Part shown: piece by piece, positions 57,001 to 64,000 of the stretch
Position numbering within the stretch: position 1 is the first letter of the stretch
Layout: each line of letters opens with the position of its first letter
Assembly (NCBI GenBank): GCA_051294375.1
Contig: CM119266.1
Span: forward strand, 20,161,657-20,225,656
Source of the DNA: Paraspadella gotoi
Taxonomy: Eukaryota; Animalia; Chaetognatha
Reading direction: 5' to 3'
Length of the DNA: 64,000 nt
Position numbers and translations under genes: made by a program
The notes under the pieces: generated by a model
Databases searched by the model: none
Told to the model about the DNA's origin: nothing
Seen by the model: the letters and a program-made list of their open reading frames with translations, nothing else

Positions 57001-60000
57001 TTGTGAGAGGTTATCAAATATGATAATCTGTGAAATATGCTATATTGACTTTGATCATGTAACGATATTTTACTGTGGACACATCACTTCACAAGTATGG
57101 AACATTTGCATATCAATTTTTTTATGGTATTTTACCTTTCTGCCAAATTTAATTTAAATTGACGCAATTATTTACTAAATTTAATCGTTATAAATTTCTG
57201 ACCATGTGACAGCATTTTTAAAGTGCTTTCGGTTCAGTCCTTGACTGGATCTTGTTTCTTTATCACCCGGCCAGATAGTCCGCTCTTTCTGAAGGACGAT
57301 GTTTGATCCATCGCATAGCAGATTCAAATACTGATTCCTCTTCTTGAACATTCAGGAAAGGACTGTTTAACAGGTTCTTAAGTGTGTCAACATTCAAATC
57401 CAGGAAACCATCTTCCAAACAAGCTCCTTCAAAGTTTTCCAAGACGAACTTTTCAGATTTTCTGAAATAAAATATTCTGCCCTATAGTTTCAAAATTGTT
57501 ACGGTTACGTTCATGCCTTCTTTCCTTCAGTTACAAAATCGTTCAGTTATTAGATTATTAAGTTTATTTTATTTTTAAGGTCTTACTCATAGAGAACTTC
57601 TGAGGAATGATCTTTTGCTAGTTGGAGAATCGTGAAACAGTTGGTGACGTCAAGACAGTTGAAAAGATACTCTGCTGCTGCCGTTTTTAACTTAGGCATG
57701 CTGAAACGATTAGAAATTTTAAAAACATCCTGCATCATTGCTGGATTTCCCGCTGAAACTTCCCCTGTATACATGTACGTCAAAACAACCTAAAGAAAAA
57801 CACAATTTTAATTTTTTCTTAATTCGTAAACTTTCCTTTTTACTCACTTGGAAAACGTCCGGTTTTGTTCCACCGAGTTCTATGGTTTTTTTGCTGTCTC
57901 CCAATATGGCACTAGTTCTTTTCATTTTCGCTCCTTTGCCAACGCTAATACCAAGAAGCAAATTACGAAAATATGAAGAACAGGCAGATAAAATGAGTCT
58001 ATGGCATTCAAATTGACTTTGTCCCACGTTCACTACCACATCAGTGAAAAGCAAGTCCTGAATTATTGAGTTATTTGAATTATGTTTTTCTATCTTCAAA
58101 TATGTCTACTTTGATACCTTTTGTGCTTTAGAAGCTGCTGCAAGAATGGCTTCGGCATGATTTGCTGCGTCATTAAAACTGAAGGACTTGCTGTCACTAG
58201 CTGATACCATTGTTTTTGATGTTGCTCCGCGAACTGAGATGCTGCCGTGAAGAGAATCGATATCATCCATTTCTGTCAATGTGCTGTCGCTTGTAAGTCG
58301 TCGTAACTGTCGGTGTGGTCCGGCTGTTCGGAAAATAGTCACGATTGAGTTTATTTTTTTTATTGAATCATATTTAATTTAGTATCTCAAAAAATAATTA
58401 ACCGTATGGACTTTTAATATGAATTTCGTCATTTTCGCAAATTGTTGAAAGCGTTTCTTCACTTCCGCTGAAATTTGGGATGTTGGGGTCCGAGTTGGAG
58501 GATGTCCGGTCGAGTTCTAAGGGAATTTGGGGCTCAGTCTTTACATTAGTCAGGCATACTTTAAATCCTTGTTTACACTTCTTTTTAGCCAAAACTATAT
58601 TTAACTTATGTTCCGAATTTACAATTTGGTGTTGCATTTTTACATTGTTCGATATTTTTTTATCGAGATAATGAATTAGATGAATTATTGACATCGTCGT
58701 TGTTACGATTTTTATAATTGAATAATGAAACAAATCCAATAAACTAATATTTATCCTTATAATAAAAGAATATTATTATTGCATCTAAGTTTATCAGTAT
58801 ATCGTTATAATTAAATTACTATTTCAAACTACTAGTTTCTATATTTAGTAAGTTCTTAATTTTTTTATGAATTAAATTTATTTATATTCTTGATGGAATT
58901 TTGATACAAATTTTTAATATCGGCACATGTTTGATAACATTCTTAGTTTTAATTATTTAGTATATTAACTACTTGATCGCGGAGTCACCAGAGATGAACC
59001 TATAAACATCTTAATCTTATAAGTTTTATGACATTTTCTTCGAAAACAACGGATCTGAATTAGTGAAGTATTTGGATGCACACTCAAAAGGCTATCTTTT
59101 GTAGTCCCACCCTTTTTGGACTTGTGCATCTGGAAAGACAAATTCCTTTTTTTATTTTTTCGTCTTTGAGAAGGAAGAGGCACGCCCACAGCCGATTTCG
59201 ATCTGAAAAGATCTTGTTTTCCCGTGACGAGTCGCAAGGACATTTTGGAGTAGTAGATTTCGAAAGCCTTTATTCCTTTATTTTCCGCGAAATTCGATTT
59301 GGTCCCCGGGATGTAAAGATTTGAGTTTTTAACACAATCGACTTTAAATTTTTTCCCCCTTCAAGTACGAAAAGTGGTTTCTTTCCTGATGTTGAGCTCG
59401 ATCGTTGGTCGATTACTTAATGCGATTAACGTTATCCTTAACTTTTCCCCAAGATCTTGGCCCTTCTCGCGATGGAGAAAGTTTTCTTTGGCATTTTTTT
59501 TTCGTAAATGTGCGACATATGCTTACCTCCGTTCCAACTGTGATAAATATGATCGTATTTGCTAGAATTCATCGCCATTGCTAATTTTGTCTTTTGGAAA
59601 ATTGTAGTGAATTAGGAAAAATAGTTACCAGTTGAGAATAACTGCGATTGCGAATGACTTCAATTTACTTCGCCACGACAGAATTATGCTGGTCGTCGTG
59701 GAGCTCGTATTTCCCCAATTTCGAGCAAATACTTAAACTTCGTTACTTCGAACAGAGCTTTTTTATAAATTCTTATGACGTAAATAATTACGACAATAGG
59801 CAGTGATTATTCATTAGTGGCCTAAAAGATTTTAGAAACACCTGGTTTTATTGTTAAATATACTTATATATTTATTTGATGATTATTGGTCGGAAGTCCG
59901 TAGATGAGTCACAGGTTTATTATGAAAAAAATTGAGCCCTGCATTGTGCGTATGAACAAGCCTGGTCTTGTCGGAAAGAGTTCATCGTCATCTAATCGAA

Positions 60001-63000
60001 TTAAGCGTAATGTTTTCGATCACAAATTTGTGGTGTTTGTCTGCGACACGTATCTACTGTCCAGACCGGGTTCCGAGGTGACTCGGAAATGATATAGGTT
60101 TTATGAGTCACCGGATTGGTCAAAAGAAAGTCATAAATATGAAAAAATATAATTTTTGTATTTGTTGCAGGACGATGAAGATTTCTTGGCGGCCAACTTA
60201 ACTCCAGAGCAACGGAAGCAGCTCGAACTGATTGATTCGATGCCCCTTACTCGGGAGCTCTCCTCTCCCCAAGTAAGTTTAAAGAATAGGCCACTCTGAT
60301 AACTATTAACTAAGTAAAACATAAATTTTCTCTATATTAGTTTAATGTAAGTAGTATAGAAGTCTATGGCGTCAGCAGTTCACGGTCCGTTGAGGTTAAA
60401 CAGTAAACACAAGTCTTTGAACTACATTTCTGACAGAAGCGCCGCAACTACTGTTGAGTTAGCGAAGCATAACGATTTATTCCGTATTTAATTGCTTAGA
60501 CGTCCGGCGGCTCAGACACTTCTTCTGAGCAGCGTACGGCCATTACAACTCCGGGTGGAGGGGGTCCTCAAACAATCGCTGAGAACGCGCTCTTTGGTAG
60601 GTTACGCTCCAAAATGATTGGTAATTATTATTGCCTAAGACTAGACATGTGACGTAACATATAACATATTCAGAGCAAAGACGACAAGAATTCGAACTTC
60701 GCCGTAAAGAGTTGGGAGTCGCCGTTAATAGCGCCGGAATGGCCGCCTCGAGTTTGACTTCGCCGTCGGGCAGCGACGACCAAACTGTGCCGGGAATGAC
60801 GGGCACCGGTATCGTTCCCCGTAAGTTTAAATCTACGTTTGTTATTATCGTCTTCGTGAAATTTTTCGTTTTAAACTTATTTGGTGTCCCAACTAAACCC
60901 GATGTTAAATTATCAACCTCTAAATTGTCAGTTTCAAATTTTATTTTTTTAGATCAGAATGAATATTACATTTTAAAATTTATAGTCTATTTGTGTTTGT
61001 TATTTAAAGGGAATTGGGAAGAAAAAATTATTTTTAATTTTCATGCAAGACAAGTGTACACATGCTTAAATTTTTTTCTGTTCGTTAATGCTTTTTATGA
61101 TTTACCAACTAAATGCGTTTAAAATTTTAAGAGAGAGTGAGAGACCAAAGCTTTTAAGGGAGAGAGAGAGATAAACTTCCTGACCAAAGCTTTTGAGTGA
61201 GAGTGAATGAGACTGACCAAAGCTTTATTGGAAAACACAAAAGAAAATGAGGACAGTTGACTGTTCTTTCCACTTTAAACCTAACTTTTTATTGGTCCTT
61301 AACTTCCTTTACTTAAATGTAAACTCGCTCTCTTTCTCTCTGTTTGTTTTTTTAAAAATGTTTGGTCAAACTCATAATCGCGCTAACAAATAATAGAAAA
61401 CTTCGGAACATGTCTGCACGTCAAAAAAATAATATTTTGAAAAATATAAGGCTTTTTCTTCTCTAAAATTTTTTTTTCCGAGCATTAGAAACATGAAAAA
61501 ACCAGACTATAATTTTTGTTATGAAAGAGAATTTATGGATTTTTTTTATTACAGAAGTGTTGTATAGACTTTTGGTGAAAATAACCAAGCTGTTCATAAG
61601 TAATAGTACTAAACCTTTCCTGATGTTTGCGTTTTTTTATATTTGAATAATTTTTTACGTACATTTTATCCATATTTTTTTTCTTTAATCTCGTTTTTTT
61701 ATCCCCGCAGCGATAAAAGGAAAGAAAAAAGCTACAGGTGGACTGACAAAGAAGAAGAAGAAAGAGCGAGAGCTGCAGGAAGCGTGCGCCGCGGCCGCCG
61801 CACAGATCGCCAGAACCATGGGCGAGCCGGGGGGAGGCATGGGCCCGCAGGGAAGCGGTATGTCCGGTCCCCAAGGGGGGAGCGGCATCGGCCCACAGAG
61901 CGGCGCTCTTCCCGGGCCTCAGGGGACCGGGCCGTCACCAAACGGTCCACCTTTTACCAGCGCACCTGGATCCTTTCAACGTCAGTTAAGCCTGAGATAA
62001 TATAATTGAAAGTTTGTTAAAATATTTTAAAATTACGTTTTAGGAAAGACAGTCTTTCCTACTTCGCTTAAAACAACGAAACGAAAGAAACTTAACACAA
62101 AATTAAGTTTTAAATTTTTGTTTTCACTAGCTGCTCCTGGCTTGATGCAACCAATGTCCCAACATCTGGCCATGTCCGGGCCTTCTGGGCCGTCTCCAAT
62201 GATGTCAAATCCTATGATGTCCAACTCACTGATGAGTCATCAAGGCGGCAGCTTTATGCCACATCAACAGGGACCGCACGGCCCTCAAAGTCCCCTTGGG
62301 CCACACAGCCCTCATGGCCCGATGATGGGGCCTCCGGTCAGCATGATGGGCGGACCGCAGGGAGCGACCGGCATGATGGGTCCGCCCTGCTCTGCGGGAC
62401 CAGGGGGCCCTATGGTATCCTCAGGACCCATAGGTGTGGCCACATCCATGGGACCTGTCGGCCACATGGGGCCCGTTGGTCCGATGGGGCCCGGCGGTCC
62501 CATTTGTTCGATGGGGCCTGGGGGTCCCATGATGAGCATGAATCCATGCCACACACGGCCCTCAGACCAGTCGCCTCCCCCAGCTTCCGGACCAAAGCGT
62601 AAACGTAAGAACGGTCCCAAGACCGGGACCGCCGCCGCTTCGCTCGTCGCCGGCCCGCCCTCCGTTGGCCCGCCTCCACCGCCTCCGCCGCCGCCCCCGG
62701 GACCCATGATGATGGGACCTGTGAGCGGCGTGATGGGAGCGGGATCCACAGCCGGGCCAGAAGACTACGAGGTCTTCACTGAAGGCATCTTGGCTCAACT
62801 TCGCTCTATGCCGCAAGTTCCCCTGATGGAACCTGTCGTCAAACGATCCTTTACTGAATGCCCAGCCTACGGGAGCGGTCCAATGAACGGTCAGGATTAA
62901 TAAAAATCTTTTAAATACAACAATTCATTTTATAGTTAAACCAATTTAAGTATATTTCAAACGACGCTATTTTTTATCCTTCAGGCGAATCCCTATTGAC

Positions 63001-63865
63001 TGGGGTATTTGGAGCGGCAAAGCCCGAGTCTCGCCCTGATTACTACACCTCGTTTCCCTTCGGCAGTGGCGACCGATTCAAGCGACAGTCGCAATTGCTA
63101 GAGCACCTTACGGGCTTACATGTTAGCATAAAAACGCTTAATGATTTTCTTGAATTTTCAACTCTATTCATTTCTTTCATAAATGTTTTCAACATCTACA
63201 GCCGGGTTCGAACGTCCCCAATGGCGGAATACCCAGTGGCGATGGAAGTGGGCGTGGCGCGCCTCTGCCACCGTCGTCTACCGCAAATATTTCCAGCGTC
63301 GCCGGTGTCGTCGATTTCCCGCGGCTTGGACCGCCGTCAAGGTACCCACTTTTTTCCCCCTTTTTTTCCCCCAAAAGTCGTAGTTTTATAATAGTGTGTT
63401 TATTGGAATTCAAAGCAAACTCGACACTTCCCGCGAAACTTGTCTGTTTTTCATTTCATTTCTACATTTTTTACTCTTTTTTTTTTTGTTTTTATCATCG
63501 TTTTTATATATGTAGGTTCGTCGTCATTGCAGGACTCTTAAAATTTTTCTTTGTATGTAGGAGAATTTTGTTTCAATAAATTTTCGAGTAAAAAAGTGAA
63601 AGTAAATGAAGAGTTCCGTCCGCAACTCGAACCCCTTATTAACCCTCGTTCTCGGCTTTAATAGTCAACCTCTTCAAGACGCGGCTTCAGTTCATGCCGC
63701 CCTGAGCGAGATGGGTGTCGGTGGGTCCGCCCTTGCCGCCGCCCTTGCCCTAAGTCCAACGACCCCCCGCTCCCCCCCGCCCCCCATTGACGACCTCGAG
63801 CTGGGTCCGAGGTGAGACCACTCAGCTCTTTACAGCTTACTGCTCCTCCCCAAAGCGCACGCTCC

Positions 63866-63957
<92 letters not shown>

Positions 63958-64000
63958 AGCTCTCTCTCTCTCTCTCTTTCACGCTGAAGTGGCGCTTTTT
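15033..64000 (+). CDS. KMT2C: Histone H3K4 methyltransferase KMT2C/D (MLL3/4)-like, multi-exon, 3' partial (SET domain not in window)
   Basis: AT-hook KRGPGRPRKDGASP. ePHD CAFCNLGERSLLGQG...AHHCCAAWS. PHD cluster at 17500-18630 (CTSCGLHYHGGCL, GWQCPECKICQTC, CTDCGSRTPG...WH). Second PHD cluster at 26293-27720 (MCLSCGSFGAGEEGRLIACSQCGQCYHPYC). YPSYLQDAFFG. KWEEDEKLG...ATISPVLYAN HMG box. QPLLLEDL, YEQWLLQ...RKTKKALNARQR, DDNNPFSDGF, LLKQLL, VPLMEPVV. Confidence 0.93.
20202..20693 (+). mobile_element. Two diverged tandem copies of the tRNA-cassette LTR family
   Basis: Begins TGTGGCGATATATTCACCCCGCC (cf. 30684, 52121). Contains TGGCTCA A-boxes, CACTGAGGG..AAGCCCCCAA, TATCCACAGTCTTAAC.ACTTCCC, and ends CCATA. 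No clean TSD. Confidence 0.65.
20781..25756 (-). CDS. LRR-Roc-COR (ROCO, MFHAS1-like) protein nested antisense in the KMT2C/D intron (~19916-25902)
   Basis: LRR exons (LERLEHLSLVHLNLTTI, CDFSDNQL, LKINNNRLSSVP, IDISYNRL, IDLSENRICNLP, WDFSRNPL). Roc-like MKIIVLGGADSGMT, SLWQFSG, LVNLVFNM, IIPVG. COR-like HLHSRGKIFWF...IFLNTQWFID. The 5' exons (ATG 25756; exon ~25380-25520) are less certain. Confidence 0.8.
27483..27610 (+). mobile_element. Possible degraded tRNA-cassette LTR fragment
   Basis: CACCATCCC plus B-box-like GATTCGAGCCC in a GC-rich island within an AT-rich intron. Termini not found. Confidence 0.3.
30420..30530 (+). mobile_element. DINE-1/HINE (Helentron-associated)-like 3' ends; similar ends at ~39270-39350, ~42860-42930 (-) and ~54200-54270
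   Basis: GACGGAC/CAGAC microsatellite, then TAT..AG, a short GC hairpin and T(A)AAAA. Related AAGCTGAAAATTT motifs at ~34825, ~47085 and ~48335. Confidence 0.45.
30684..30940 (+). mobile_element. Solo LTR, tRNA-cassette TRIM family
   Basis: TGTGACGGTATATTCACACCGCC...TTCTATA, colinear with 51874-52121 (rc). A-box TGGCTCAGAGTGG, B-box-like GTTCAATCC. TSD ACTA/ACTG (3/4). Confidence 0.8.
32407..32451 (+). pseudogene. tRNA-Leu 3'-half fragment ending in CCA
   Basis: CCAGTCTCTTCGAAGGTGTGGGTTTGAATCTGACTTCTGCCA-CCA resembles the eukaryotic tRNA-Leu variable arm and T-arm (CCAGTCTCTTCGGAGGCGTGGGTTCGAATCCCAC..CTGCCA). Confidence 0.55.
32712..32855 (+). mobile_element. Truncated tRNA-cassette LTR (53011-type)
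   Basis: GGGTTCAATCCC, then TAAATGTG.CGG.ACCGGT.TAAA and AGTGACAG.AGGCGGTCAC, as in the reverse complement of 53011-53229. Confidence 0.65.
41381..41578 (-). mobile_element. tRNA-cassette LTR (54892-type); left boundary unclear
   Basis: The reverse complement matches 54892-55090 (AAACTCAGCTCGTCC, TTGGACAGCTAAGTA.TCGTTCACCAACCGTGAGTTCCG, GGGGTGGTCACTGCAGGTC). Terminus GCCACA at 41578. Confidence 0.8.
47171..47180. other. Assembly gap (10 N)
   Basis: Run of n. Confidence 1.
47286..47356 (-). mobile_element. Degraded fragment of the 11896-type LTR
   Basis: AGCAGTCTCTGAGCTTCGGAT...GTTAA..CGTCCC..TTAATTGC aligns to 11947-12025. Confidence 0.55.
49664..50687. mobile_element. Non-autonomous TIR DNA transposon (Tc1/mariner-type MITE); internal part also present inverted at ~24660-24960
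   Basis: ~27-bp TIRs TAGTCCTGTGCAAAAAAAAGATGACTC and GAGTCTTCTTTTTTTTGCACAAGACTA. No ORF. Confidence 0.75.
51874..52121 (-). mobile_element. Solo LTR, tRNA-cassette TRIM family
   Basis: Minus strand reads TGTGGCGG...TTGCCATA. Exact TSD ACAG at 51870-51873 and 52122-52125. A-box TGGCTCAGAGGG and AGTGAC...GTCACT hairpin. Confidence 0.88.
52231..53254. mobile_element. Foldback/MITE element with outer and inner inverted repeats, interrupted by a solo LTR
   Basis: Outer IR GGCTTCATATTATAA.AT.AGGTAC (52231-52255 vs 53230-53254). Inner IR of ~55 bp, AAAT.GAACTATCGAGGCGAATTT..ATATT.GACC.CTGA (52322-52378 vs 52761-52816). Confidence 0.75.
53011..53229 (-). mobile_element. Solo LTR, tRNA-cassette TRIM family
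   Basis: Minus strand reads TGTGGCAG...TTGCCATA. Exact TSD GTAC at 53007-53010 and 53230-53233. A-box TGGCTGAGCAGG, B-box GGGTTCAATCCC, AGTGAC...GTCACT hairpin. Confidence 0.88.
54374..58342 (-). CDS. BTB-BACK-Kelch (KLHL-like) protein nested antisense in the KMT2C/D intron (~53631-60170); extra 5' exons possible up to ~59578
   Basis: BTB: FTDVVVNVGQSQFECHRLILSACSSYFR, YMYTG, LDVTNCF. BACK: LNVQEEESVFESAMRWI, LVRFSQM. Kelch: VYISGG, LSVGGGNIFALGG, IYLFGG, LVICGG. The last exon ends RDLSSEC with stop at 54374-54376. Confidence 0.85.
54892..55149 (+). mobile_element. Solo LTR, tRNA-cassette TRIM family, in the last intron of the nested Kelch gene
   Basis: TGTGGCGAAT...TTCCATA. Exact TSD ACTT at 54888-54891 and 55150-55153. 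A-box-like TGGCTTGGACAG, B-box-like GGGTTAAATCCC, AGTGAC...GTCACT hairpin. Confidence 0.88.
63864..63980. repeat. (CT)n microsatellite
   Basis: Read directly. Confidence 0.95.

Noticed and set aside
61130-61230. Three GACCAAAGCTTT repeats with AG-rich spacers
   Set aside because: Short degenerate tandem repeat with no further structure.

Overview
This is AT-rich, intron-containing animal (invertebrate-type) genomic DNA; nothing prokaryotic and no CRISPR was seen. Genes in order: a cathepsin B-like protease (+, 5' end not located), a cathepsin L (+), and an ANKRD27/VARP-like VPS9 Rab-GEF that lacks ankyrin repeats (-) and hosts a CFAP97D/KIAA1430-domain gene (+) in one intron. From 15033 a large KMT2C/D (MLL3/4)-like gene (+) runs off the right edge. 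It hosts two antisense nested genes: an LRR-Roc-COR gene with a degenerate GTPase site, and a BTB-BACK-Kelch gene. The most notable non-coding signal is a family of miniature LTR retroelements whose LTRs carry a tRNA-like Pol III cassette. There is one complete element (11896-12548: two 234-bp LTRs, PBS, PPT, 4-bp TSD), four solo LTRs with exact 4-bp TSDs, one with a 3/4 TSD, and several degraded copies. This resembles Helenus/TRIMp3-type TRIMs. MITE/foldback elements, DINE/HINE-like repeats, microsatellites and one N gap are also present. All homology calls come from motif recognition by eye, not database searches.
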